A DNA stretch of 64,000 nt from a virus. The notes under the pieces are model-generated. The model saw nothing but the letters and a program-made list of their open reading frames with translations. It was not told where the DNA came from and did not search any database. Where the stretch lies: positions 9,183 through 73,182 of IMG/VR virus record IMGVR_UViG_3300035659_001663; one strand, 5' to 3'. The number at the start of each line of letters is the position of its first letter. The first letter of the stretch is position 1. Shown in pieces: positions 38,903-47,966 of the stretch. The translations under genes and the position numbers were made by a program.

Positions 38903-39353
38903 AATTGCTAAGACAGCGCAAGATGACAAGTTGAAAGATTTGGAAAAGCGTATTGAAAATGCTAAAACTCCAGAAGAGTTAAGTGCTATTGAGAAAGAAC
39001 TCAATGCACTTGAAAGTAGTGCTGCACCTAAAGATGATAGCAAAAAAGATGCAGCTGATGAAGGTACTGATGATAAGGGCACTCCTGCTAAAGATGAAGA
39101 TAAAGGAGCTGATGAAGATGCTGCTAAACCTGAAGCTGGTGCCGATAAAGATGAAGAAGGCGCTGATAAAGGTGAAGAAGCAGATGATGAAGGTGGTAAT
39201 GATGTCATGAAGGAATTGAAAGAAATAAAGAAAGATGTTAGTAGCAAAAAAGATGAAATGCAACAAAAGTTACTGAATGAAATGCAAAAGCTCAATGACC
39301 AACTTGGTCTTAACAAAATAGTTGATCTAAATGGCACTGTCGACACAATGTAA
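38844..39353 (+). CDS. Acidic coiled-coil head-assembly protein
   Basis: D/E-rich centre; EIAKTAQ motif; GAGGAG RBS. Confidence 0.6.
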   Translation: MRQNQTPDWLDELITKESHEIAKTAQDDKLKDLEKRIENAKTPEELSAIEKELNALESSAAPKDDSKKDAADEGTDDKGTPAKDEDKGADEDAAKPEAGADKDEEGADKGEEADDEGGNDVMKELKEIKKDVSSKKDEMQQKLLNEMQKLNDQLGLNKIVDLNGTVDTM

Positions 39354-39362
39354 GGACGTCAG

Positions 39363-41936
39363 ATGAATAAAATTCCAAGAATAAAACTTGTACGAGCTAC
39401 AAGGACTGCGAGTGATTCAAAACCTACACTCAGTCGGCCTGCTCGTATTGTCAAAAATAGTGCCATCAAAGAGTCGCAACCATCTTTACAATCTGAAACA
39501 TATCAAGGACCATTAAGAAAACACAATACTAAGGCAATGAAGATTGTAAATCACTTTGCTAAGACAGCTGCTGCTGATGTCAAGCAAGGCGTGCCATTAT
39601 TTTATCATCCTGATTTTGAACCATCATCGTTAATACTACCAAAAGATAGGATGGAAATAAACAGCTGGTGCAATTACTTCTACAAATATGATGCATTAGT
39701 TGCAACAGCAGTTGACATGCATGCTGAATTGCCGCTTTCAAAAATTCGGCTTGACTTGCCGAAAATGATTAATAAGAAGCAAGCTAATAGAATTCTTGAA
39801 CATTATGTAGACATGATTGGAAATACGGGAATTGACTTATTCAATAAACTACTAATGATAGGTGTTGAATACTACAAATTAGGTAATGTATTTCCATGGG
39901 CGCAAATGAATGGTGACGGTACTAGATGGGCAAGATTGACATGTCTTAATCCTGATTACACACATATTGAGAAATTGTCATTGACAAATGCGATAAAAGT
40001 ATATCTAGTTCCTGATGATAGACTTCGACATATAGTTCATGCCGGACCAGACGACAAAAAAACAGGTGAACTCTTTCAAACGTTATCAGACGAAGTAGTT
40101 GAATATGTAACTAGTGGTAAAGAAATTCCACTATCTACTGATCCTAATGAAGGTTCACATGTAGCTCATTTGGCAAGAAAAATTGCAGACTATGCCGACT
40201 GGGGAACATCAATTATTGAGCGCAATTTCAAGACATTAGTTTATAAAGATAGATTACGACAATCGCAAGATGCTATTGCCACAAGACATTTGACGCCGAA
40301 ACATCTAATTCATGCAGAATATGCAAGTAGAGCAGATGTAAATGAAATACGAGAACAAGTTGAAGATGCGATGATGAATCCTGATTCTGCAATCATAACT
40401 AACTATGAACTACATTGGGAACTTGTTGGTACTAGCAGTGGGTTAATGCAATTAGCGACTGAACGAGAATGGGTAACTGAAGATCTTCTTGTTGGATTGA
40501 TGATTAACAAAAATGTTCTACTTGGTGAAGGCAATTTTGCTGCTGGACAAACTGTACTAGAAATTCTAAATCAACGGTATGCAATTTTTAGAGAACAACT
40601 TGAATCATATATTGAGAAAAGTTTATTCTTACCAATTGCGCGAAATTGCGGTTATGTTGAATATGAACCAGGAACAGTCAAGAAAGAAAAGAGAGAGATC
40701 TACTTATATCCTAAGGTCAGATGGAATAGACTGAATTTGACTGACGACACACAGCACAAGCAGATGCTTGGTCAAGCAGTTACTGAAGGAAAAGTCGATA
40801 TTGGCACATGGTTAGAGTATTTTGGTTTGAATTCTGATTCTATTGCTGAAAGACTAAAGCAAAATGAAGATACTGTAATGGACCCTGTTTACAATGAATT
40901 GAGACGTTCGATAATGATGGAAGTCGGACGATCATTAGGGCCTGCAGTAGCAAAAGTATATGCTGAAGCTTATGGACTTGAACTTGAAGATCAAGGCGGC
41001 GGCGGAATGGGAATGTTTGCATCTAGTAAATTACCAATTACTAAGTTTGGAAAAGATTTTGACATTGAATATACTAATGATGGCGGATTAAGTATTAAGC
41101 CAAAAATGATAATTGAAGAACATGATATTCCAAAAGTTGCTGAAACTAGAGAAGAACGTCAACATGATCGTGACGTGAACAAATCTAACAGTGATATTGA
41201 AACAGCAAAAGATAATTTGGAAGTAACAAACATTGATAGCGAGCAATTGAAACCACCAAGAGAAGATTTGAAACGCAAGAAGATGCCAAACATCTTAAAA
41301 GCGACGCAAATTTTGAATCGAAGATTTGGAACAATAGAAAAAGAAGAAGCCGAAGAACAATCAGTTGACATTCCAATTACTAGCGTCAGTGAATTAGGTT
41401 ACACTTACGATGAAAACACACCGTTGCAATCACAAGAAAAACTTGCGCTAATGAAAGAGAAAAATAGTGCTGTTAATGATGGTCAAGGTCAGATGTCACA
41501 ACTTTTGTCTAAACAAGGTGTTGATGAATATACAAGAAAGCTGGTCAAAACAGCTGAAAATGATATAGCTGGAAATTACTACAAGCTAATAAACAAGACA
41601 AAGGACAATGGTTTACAACAGTTAGCTACAAAAGTAGTAAACAGAATTTATGCAGGAATGTATCATTCATTAGTAAATCCTAAGGAATCAATATTCAAGT
41701 CATCACAAGCAATAAAAGAGGTATTTAGTGATGATGTCAATAAGAGAGCATCAAAACTAGTTCAAAAGATTGAGATCATATCTTCTGCTAATAGGAAAAT
41801 TGCTCAAAATACATCTAGTGATAATGTTGCTGGCAAATCGAGAGAAGTATTCGCACAAAACGAACACGGTGTACGAAAAGCTTTTAGAGAAATTGTCAAT
41901 GAGATCTTTGAAGACATCAAAGGTACAATGACATGA
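39363..41936 (+). CDS. Portal protein with long extensions
   Basis: Position between terminase and protease; YKYDALVATAVDMHAELP, EYYKLGNVF, LNPDY, WGTSIIER motifs typical of large-phage portals. Confidence 0.85.
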   Translation: MNKIPRIKLVRATRTASDSKPTLSRPARIVKNSAIKESQPSLQSETYQGPLRKHNTKAMKIVNHFAKTAAADVKQGVPLFYHPDFEPSSLILPKDRMEINSWCNYFYKYDALVATAVDMHAELPLSKIRLDLPKMINKKQANRILEHYVDMIGNTGIDLFNKLLMIGVEYYKLGNVFPWAQMNGDGTRWARLTCLNPDYTHIEKLSLTNAIKVYLVPDDRLRHIVHAGPDDKKTGELFQTLSDEVVEYVTSGKEIPLSTDPNEGSHVAHLARKIADYADWGTSIIERNFKTLVYKDRLRQSQDAIATRHLTPKHLIHAEYASRADVNEIREQVEDAMMNPDSAIITNYELHWELVGTSSGLMQLATEREWVTEDLLVGLMINKNVLLGEGNFAAGQTVLEILNQRYAIFREQLESYIEKSLFLPIARNCGYVEYEPGTVKKEKREIYLYPKVRWNRLNLTDDTQHKQMLGQAVTEGKVDIGTWLEYFGLNSDSIAERLKQNEDTVMDPVYNELRRSIMMEVGRSLGPAVAKVYAEAYGLELEDQGGGGMGMFASSKLPITKFGKDFDIEYTNDGGLSIKPKMIIEEHDIPKVAETREERQHDRDVNKSNSDIETAKDNLEVTNIDSEQLKPPREDLKRKKMPNILKATQILNRRFGTIEKEEAEEQSVDIPITSVSELGYTYDENTPLQSQEKLALMKEKNSAVNDGQGQMSQLLSKQGVDEYTRKLVKTAENDIAGNYYKLINKTKDNGLQQLATKVVNRIYAGMYHSLVNPKESIFKSSQAIKEVFSDDVNKRASKLVQKIEIISSANRKIAQNTSSDNVAGKSREVFAQNEHGVRKAFREIVNEIFEDIKGTMT

Positions 41937-42361
41937 TAAAACAGGCAATGACTATACGTGAACTAATAAGTCGTGCGCCTGCTGAAGTTAAAAGCAGAGC
42001 TAAAGAGTATAGACCTTTGTTTGTTAGATCTAGCAATAATACATGGGTTTATAATGTCGGCGATTACACAGTAAGGATTAAGTTCAAAAAGATACAACCA
42101 AGACTTCGTCAGCAGTTGACGCAAGTACAGTATGATAAATTAAGAAAGATTAAAGATAGAGACACATTTGTCAGTTGCACATGTAGATTCTGGAAATGGA
42201 ACGGACCAGATTTCAATGCTGCTCTTCATGGCTATAGTGAAAGACAGTTTTCAGATTTAAGTGACCCTGCTATAAGGGATCCAGAGCTTAAATACTTAAT
42301 TTGCAAGCATGTATATGCAGCGCTGTTGAAATTTAAGCACGATGTCGGCGAAGCCGAATAA
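41933..42361 (+). CDS. SWIM zinc-finger protein
   Basis: VSCTCRFW...ICKHVYAAL (CxC...CxH). Confidence 0.8.
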   Translation: MIKQAMTIRELISRAPAEVKSRAKEYRPLFVRSSNNTWVYNVGDYTVRIKFKKIQPRLRQQLTQVQYDKLRKIKDRDTFVSCTCRFWKWNGPDFNAALHGYSERQFSDLSDPAIRDPELKYLICKHVYAALLKFKHDVGEAE

Positions 42362-42418
42362 TGGCTTTATCTTCTAAATACATAATATAGCTCGAAAATT
42401 TAACCAGGAGTCAAGCAC

Positions 42419-44161
42419 ATGTTCACAAAACATGGAGCAGTTTTTGCTATAACTGGATCCGATAGAATTAAGACTGCTAGCGACTGGTCTGATGTTGTAA
42501 ATAAGACATCAACAGCCGAAGGCATTGTCATAAACAAAAATATGGAACCCGGTAATGCACAAAAAATAGTATGCCAAATAGATATCAATAAATACATCTA
42601 TATACATACTACAATTATGGCATCCGTTGATCTGGAACCAGAATCAGACTATTATATTACAAGAGCTACTGAAAAATATATCAACACTAACGGTGATGCT
42701 TGGCCTCGTGACATACTACTTAAAGACTACCGAACGTTTGTCGATAATGGCATCGTCTATGTTGAACACGATCAAAGTCCTGAGCATGCAAAAGGTAAAG
42801 TGCTTGACGCAATTGCTCGTGACATGGGTGACACAATTCTTGTAGATCTGTTATTCTGTGTCGATAAACGACATTCTGATTTAGTACATAACATTGAGAC
42901 AGGATTAGCGAATGCAGTTTCAATGGGATGCACGACAAAATACACTATATGTTCTATTTGTGGAAACGTTGCACATGATGAAAAAGAATATTGCAATCAT
43001 GTAAAGAATCAAAAGAATCAAATGGTCAAATGTGCTGACGGTCAGTATAGAAAAGCATGTGAAGTTTGCTTTGAAAATACATTCTATGACTGCTCAATCG
43101 TTGCAAATCCTGCATTTGCAGGGGCTGTTTTTAGGAAATTAGTCGCAGCTGATAAAGTTTCAATGCAGATGCTATCTAACATGCTATGTAGGAAAATTAG
43201 CTCTTCAGAATTCCAAAATGAAGTATCGAAATTTGATATTATGTCAAAATTTGCTTCTGTAGATACAGATAAGAACCATCCAATGGAAAGAGCAGCAGAT
43301 GAACAAAATTCAAAAGACTATGCACCTGATGAAGAAGGTCGGTATAGTGATATTCCTTATAATGATCCTCATAACACTTTACCAGCTTTTGATGAACAGC
43401 AGGCTGAGAGTGTGGTGGATGCTGGAAAGAGCAAAAAGAAAACTGCAAACGTTGCAAAGTGCAGCGACTATGGCTCGTTAGTCATATTGAATGACCAATA
43501 CAATGTGCCGCCACGTGATAGAGTCGCTAAGACTATTTTTAACTTCATAAGTAAAAACACTGTCGGTCGTCTTGTCGGTCGTGAAGCAAACACTTGCGCG
43601 ATATATTTTAACAAATTCGGTATGATTAGAAACATTCCTTCAGAAATGGTCGCACAATATGTAATGAGTGCTCCAGAAATTACTAAGAAAGCTAAAAAAG
43701 TTAGTGATGAAGAATTGTCAATACAAAGAAAAGGTACTTATTTACCTACTAATACTAGATTTCAAATCTTAAAAGTAACTGACGATGATGTCGAAGTTAG
43801 ATGGCTTGACGGCGAAAAGATGGGACAAAAAGAAATTCTACCAAAGAAAGATTGCAAGAGCGATGCAATCAAATGGGCCAGTGCTGATAAAATTGCTTCA
43901 TTTGATGCGACATGGAATGGCAAACATTACCAAGTTAAAAAAGCTGAATGGAATGAGAAAGTCGCAAATGTACTTGATCAATTCGAGACTCATATTGACA
44001 ATGTACAACATGACATAACTTGCATATCACCGCTTGCTAATGGTAAGAAGTATGCAAAGTCATTTAAGATTAGAACTAAAATTGCTAGCACTAATTTCAA
44101 ATTTGATGCTGTTGTGAATAATGATGATCTGCACATCGATGTAAATGCCACAAATTGGTGA
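42419..44161 (+). CDS. Prohead (capsid maturation) protease with Zn-finger insert
   Basis: YVEHD..KGKVLDA, AVSMGC (catalytic Ser), CSICGN..CNH, FYDCSIVANPAF; HK97/assemblin-type pattern and synteny. Confidence 0.8.
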   Translation: MFTKHGAVFAITGSDRIKTASDWSDVVNKTSTAEGIVINKNMEPGNAQKIVCQIDINKYIYIHTTIMASVDLEPESDYYITRATEKYINTNGDAWPRDILLKDYRTFVDNGIVYVEHDQSPEHAKGKVLDAIARDMGDTILVDLLFCVDKRHSDLVHNIETGLANAVSMGCTTKYTICSICGNVAHDEKEYCNHVKNQKNQMVKCADGQYRKACEVCFENTFYDCSIVANPAFAGAVFRKLVAADKVSMQMLSNMLCRKISSSEFQNEVSKFDIMSKFASVDTDKNHPMERAADEQNSKDYAPDEEGRYSDIPYNDPHNTLPAFDEQQAESVVDAGKSKKKTANVAKCSDYGSLVILNDQYNVPPRDRVAKTIFNFISKNTVGRLVGREANTCAIYFNKFGMIRNIPSEMVAQYVMSAPEITKKAKKVSDEELSIQRKGTYLPTNTRFQILKVTDDDVEVRWLDGEKMGQKEILPKKDCKSDAIKWASADKIASFDATWNGKHYQVKKAEWNEKVANVLDQFETHIDNVQHDITCISPLANGKKYAKSFKIRTKIASTNFKFDAVVNNDDLHIDVNATNW

Positions 44162-44370
44162 TGGTCCCTATAAGCTAGTCTGCTACATTAGATTCAATCA
44201 ATTAAGACATATTCAATGATTGTTGGTGATCACGACATACAGCTATTTATGTGTGTCATTGACAATTTCAGATGTCTTAATTTTAGATTAGATATTGTTG
44301 CTAGAAGGTAAAAGTAACTTTGCTTGACACCAAAGATGCCGATATACATGATCAACTAAGGAGGATTGCG

Positions 44371-46221
44371 ATGGACAAGTGGACTGCAAAGGTACATGTT
44401 TCAGGAACTCGCATTCAGCTTCTCAAGAACGGTAGTGTAACTAAGGTCATCAAAGCTAGCACTGAAACTTTCAAGCCGATCGAAGCTAAGGCATTTGCTG
44501 AGAACTTGGTTAATACTATCAATGCAAAACAAGCGAAGCAGATGACAGATCCTGATGCAGCACCTGCTATTGATACAAAGGGAGAAGAACAGGCGAAGGC
44601 TTTGAAGGCTCTTGGTCAAGATGCAAAAGGCATCTCTGTCAAAGAAGCTTCGGCTATTACTGAAGAAAATAAGTCATTGAAGAAGAAGGTTGCACGGCTC
44701 GAAAAGGAAGCAACAATTGAGAGAAAAGCACGTCGTGGACTTGCAATTGCTAAGACGATGGTCCAACAGAAGAAGATTGCAAACGATGAATCTGCTATTA
44801 AAGCAGAAGTCATGAAGATCGTTGCGATGTCGAATGATGAAATCGGCCTGCTCGAAAAGAAAGTTGCAGGAGCTCCTCTTTACAACTCTGCTGATGAAGC
44901 TGCTACTGCTGGACGACGTTATGCTCGTATGGCAAGACTGCACAGACAAGCTGCTGAAGATGCTGAGCTCGCAGAGAATACAGATCTTGCTGATGATGAA
45001 GATAAACAGGCTGCTAAGTACGAGACTCTGTCTAAAGAAGCTGCTTGCGAAGCTGAAAAGTGCTACGCACAGATGGATGCTGCGAAGGTCGATTCTACGA
45101 AGCCTGACGATGCAGTGAATCAGGTCAAAGACGAGGCTAAGGGCGTCGACGCGCAGGGTAAGAAGACAGCTTCTGATGATAAGGATGCTGATGATGTTGA
45201 TGGTGACAAAGATGAAGAAGAAGAATTCATAGACGATGAAAAGGTAGCATCTGATGATGACGACGAAGATGATGTTGAGGAAGAAGAAGACGAAGACTTT
45301 GAGATTGAAGCAGCTGCAGCTATTTACCGGAAGATAGCTTCTGATCATACTGCTAAGTCTGAAGAATTCAAGAAGGCAGGAAAAGAAACTGAAGCTGCGA
45401 CAGAACTCGAAGTTGCGAAAGAAGCTGCTGAACTTGCTGACGACATTGAGAGTGATGAAGATGAGGATGAAGAAGATCTAAGCAAGGAAGCTGCTGCAAT
45501 CTATCGCAAGATCGCAGCTGAACATCGTAAGAAGGCAGACGAACTTGAAGCTGAAGGCAAGACACCAGAAGCTGATGTAGAAGATGAAATTGCTGACGAA
45601 TCTGAACAACTCGCTGCAAGTGTTGAATCTTCATTGGCGAAGAAAGCTGATGACGATGACTCTGACAGTTCAGACGATGATGCGAAAGCTCTTAAGGGCG
45701 ACCCGATGAAAATGGAAACAGAAGGCAAGGTCGCAGAAGATGAAGGCTGCAAGAAAGTATCAGATGATGATGCGAAGAAACCCGCTCCTGAAGTTATGCC
45801 TGAAGACACTGCTGCTGTTGCAGACACTACTGATGAAGTAACAGACAAAGAAGCCAAGAAGACACCAGCTACTACTGATGAAGATGACCCCTTGGCAGCA
45901 CTGTTAACAGACGACGAAGCTAAAGCTGCAAGCGCTGATGAAGATGAATCAACTGAAGGCGATGATGCTACAATGCCTTCTGATGATGAAATTGATGCAG
46001 CTGTTGCAGGAGATTCAGATGAAGATGAAGTGGCGCCAACTGAAGAAGAGGTCGATGCAGGAGATTCTAAAGAAGCTACAACTTCAAAGGGATCCAAAAA
46101 GATCGCCAATGAAGGCCATAGCAAACAGGCATCTTATGACAGAATCGAACAGAATCAGTATGCATCAGATCCTCAAGTACGCGAGCTCGAAAGTCTCTGG
46201 CGCCCAGAAGAAAATGCATAA
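44371..46221 (+). CDS. Capsid scaffold protein (highly acidic, repetitive)
   Basis: AAGGAGG RBS before ATG 44371; coiled coil then D/E-rich; AAAIYRKIA repeat x2; lies before the capsid genes. Confidence 0.75.
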   Translation: MDKWTAKVHVSGTRIQLLKNGSVTKVIKASTETFKPIEAKAFAENLVNTINAKQAKQMTDPDAAPAIDTKGEEQAKALKALGQDAKGISVKEASAITEENKSLKKKVARLEKEATIERKARRGLAIAKTMVQQKKIANDESAIKAEVMKIVAMSNDEIGLLEKKVAGAPLYNSADEAATAGRRYARMARLHRQAAEDAELAENTDLADDEDKQAAKYETLSKEAACEAEKCYAQMDAAKVDSTKPDDAVNQVKDEAKGVDAQGKKTASDDKDADDVDGDKDEEEEFIDDEKVASDDDDEDDVEEEEDEDFEIEAAAAIYRKIASDHTAKSEEFKKAGKETEAATELEVAKEAAELADDIESDEDEDEEDLSKEAAAIYRKIAAEHRKKADELEAEGKTPEADVEDEIADESEQLAASVESSLAKKADDDDSDSSDDDAKALKGDPMKMETEGKVAEDEGCKKVSDDDAKKPAPEVMPEDTAAVADTTDEVTDKEAKKTPATTDEDDPLAALLTDDEAKAASADEDESTEGDDATMPSDDEIDAAVAGDSDEDEVAPTEEEVDAGDSKEATTSKGSKKIANEGHSKQASYDRIEQNQYASDPQVRELESLWRPEENA

Positions 46222-46254
46222 ACGTAACTCAACAATCACTCGGAGGTTCTTCAC

Positions 46255-46752
46255 ATGCTTATTATCAAATACCCTGGCAACAGGAACACGCTCTACAGCT
46301 TGAATGCGACGGGTTTCACCCGCCCCAATACAGCTGCTGAAGCAGGACGCACTCTCGGTCGCATCCCGGCCAATGCACCTGCAGGCGCTCTCGGCGGAAT
46401 GGCAGCGATGATGAGTGGCAGCTATGAAGCCAACATCTGCGTGAACGACAAACCGGTCGGATTCTTCTTGAATGATGCAGCAGGCTCGGCATATGAAAAT
46501 ACGCCAACTGTTGCTTCTGGCAAGCTCACGGTCATGACCGGTCAAGGCTCATACGAGACTGACATCTATGAGACAGTCAAGGAAGCCGGCGGCGCGCTTG
46601 ACACTGCATGGACAGCTTCTCTCGGTCTCCCGCTGTATGTTTCAAACTTCGGCCTCCTCACGACCGAAAGCACTGGTTCGATCATCGTCGGCTATGTGAC
46701 AAAGGCACCGGCAACTGACAACCCGATGCTTGGTTTCAATACGACAATCTAA
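46255..46752 (+). CDS. Capsid decoration/cement protein
   Basis: 165 aa directly before the major capsid gene; PVGFFLNDA, ASGKLTV..GQG.YETD.YE, LYVS..GLLT; strongly biased codons. Confidence 0.75.
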   Translation: MLIIKYPGNRNTLYSLNATGFTRPNTAAEAGRTLGRIPANAPAGALGGMAAMMSGSYEANICVNDKPVGFFLNDAAGSAYENTPTVASGKLTVMTGQGSYETDIYETVKEAGGALDTAWTASLGLPLYVSNFGLLTTESTGSIIVGYVTKAPATDNPMLGFNTTI

Positions 46753-46819
46753 GTAGCTAGCTGCAATTGCTAATGCAAAAAGAAATTGAACGATCAACAA
46801 TCTTTAAGGAGTCGAAAAA

Positions 46820-47692
46820 ATGAAACTTACACCGGCCCAAAGAGAAGCAGTTGTTAACAAGCTTCTCCAGACTGCTGAAGGCAAGATGAAGCTTGCTGCT
46901 TCGATGCAGAACCCGTTGCGCGAAAGGCTTGACTACGAAGGCGTATTTCGCCGGGCTATCGTGGTGGATCCGCTCCCTCAGGGCGCACTTCCCTACTACG
47001 ATAAGGACATCAACGTCCCTGCTATCGTAATCTCTGAAGAAGGCAAGACACCGGAAACGATCGTCAAGGGAAAGCGTATCCTGATTCCCCTGTTCGAACT
47101 CGGATCGAACCCGAAGATTCCGTTCACACAGGTCAAGGAACGCCGTTACAATCTCATTGACCGTGCACAAGACAAGGCCAAACAGGAAATCCAGGCTGCT
47201 GAAGACGAGCTCGGATTCTCTGCTTTCGACGTTGCAATTGCACAGGTTGACCCGATCACTGGCGTCCCCTTCAATGCTACAATCGGTGCAGCTGGCTCGC
47301 TCGACCGTGACGCACTTGCTGACGGCTTTGCCGAAATTGAGAAACATGACCTTCGTGTTGCACGCATGTTCATGAATGCACGTGACTACAGCGACATCCG
47401 TAAGTGGGGCCGGGACCAACTGGACCCGATCACACAGGAGAGCTTGCTGAACACGGGCCTCATGGGAATGATCTGGGGAGCAGAAATCATCGTTAGCCGT
47501 ATCGTTCCGATCGGCACGGTCTATGTCTGCACGGAAGAGAAACACCTCGGAATCATGCCGCAGCGTATCGACATCACGGTACTTCCTGCTGACGACCCCG
47601 ATAGCAGATTGGTCGGCTGGTCAATTTTCGAACAAATTGGAATAGGTGTCTGGAACCCGCGCGGAGTGGGCTCGATCTTGATAACCAGGTAA
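46820..47692 (+). CDS. Major capsid protein (HK97 fold)
   Basis: KLAASMQNPLRERLDYEGV.R..IVVD.LPQGALPYYDKD, FMNARDYSDIR, GMIWGAEIIVS; synteny, optimised codons and strong terminator. Confidence 0.92.
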   Translation: MKLTPAQREAVVNKLLQTAEGKMKLAASMQNPLRERLDYEGVFRRAIVVDPLPQGALPYYDKDINVPAIVISEEGKTPETIVKGKRILIPLFELGSNPKIPFTQVKERRYNLIDRAQDKAKQEIQAAEDELGFSAFDVAIAQVDPITGVPFNATIGAAGSLDRDALADGFAEIEKHDLRVARMFMNARDYSDIRKWGRDQLDPITQESLLNTGLMGMIWGAEIIVSRIVPIGTVYVCTEEKHLGIMPQRIDITVLPADDPDSRLVGWSIFEQIGIGVWNPRGVGSILITR

Positions 47693-47730
47693 GTAAGTAG
47701 TCGAGCAAATTAAACTGTCAGTCAGTTTAG

Positions 47731-47763
47731 ATAGCAGCCTTTCAAAAAGGCTGCTATTTTTTT
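47731..47763 (+). terminator. Rho-independent terminator after the major capsid gene
   Basis: ATAGCAGCCTTT-loop-AAAGGCTGCTAT then T run. Confidence 0.9.
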
Positions 47764-47839
47764 GTCTAAGTGCTCTTCTTCTTAATTTAATCGTGATTAG
47801 ATACCTCTCTCTCATAAACTCTTTGCTGTTTTCATTACC

Positions 47840-47878
47840 AATGATCCTGATACTCGCTTGGTTGGTTGGACTATTTTT
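47840..47878 (+). repeat. Diverged copy of a major-capsid-gene segment (47591..47629)
   Basis: Translates NDPDTRLVGWTIF versus capsid DDPDSRLVGWSIF. Confidence 0.85.
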
Positions 47879-47966
47879 GTCATATAATCATAATTATTTT
47901 ATTTTTATTGTAAATCATCGTAAAAAGATTATATATTATAATCATAAGATTAAAAAAGGAGGAAAC

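Noticed and set aside
44401-47545. Long minus-strand ORFs (44674..45348, 45501..46124, 46757..47545)
   Set aside because: Antisense shadows of biased-codon scaffold and capsid genes; Ser/Phe-rich with no motifs
46820-47692. Encapsulin shell gene
   Set aside because: Lies in a terminase-portal-protease-scaffold operon, so it is a viral capsid protein
47793-47966. N-terminal membrane segment of the HNH protein given in the ORF track
   Set aside because: Strong AAGGAGG RBS before ATG 47967; the upstream part is AT-rich intergenic DNA containing the capsid snippet in another frame
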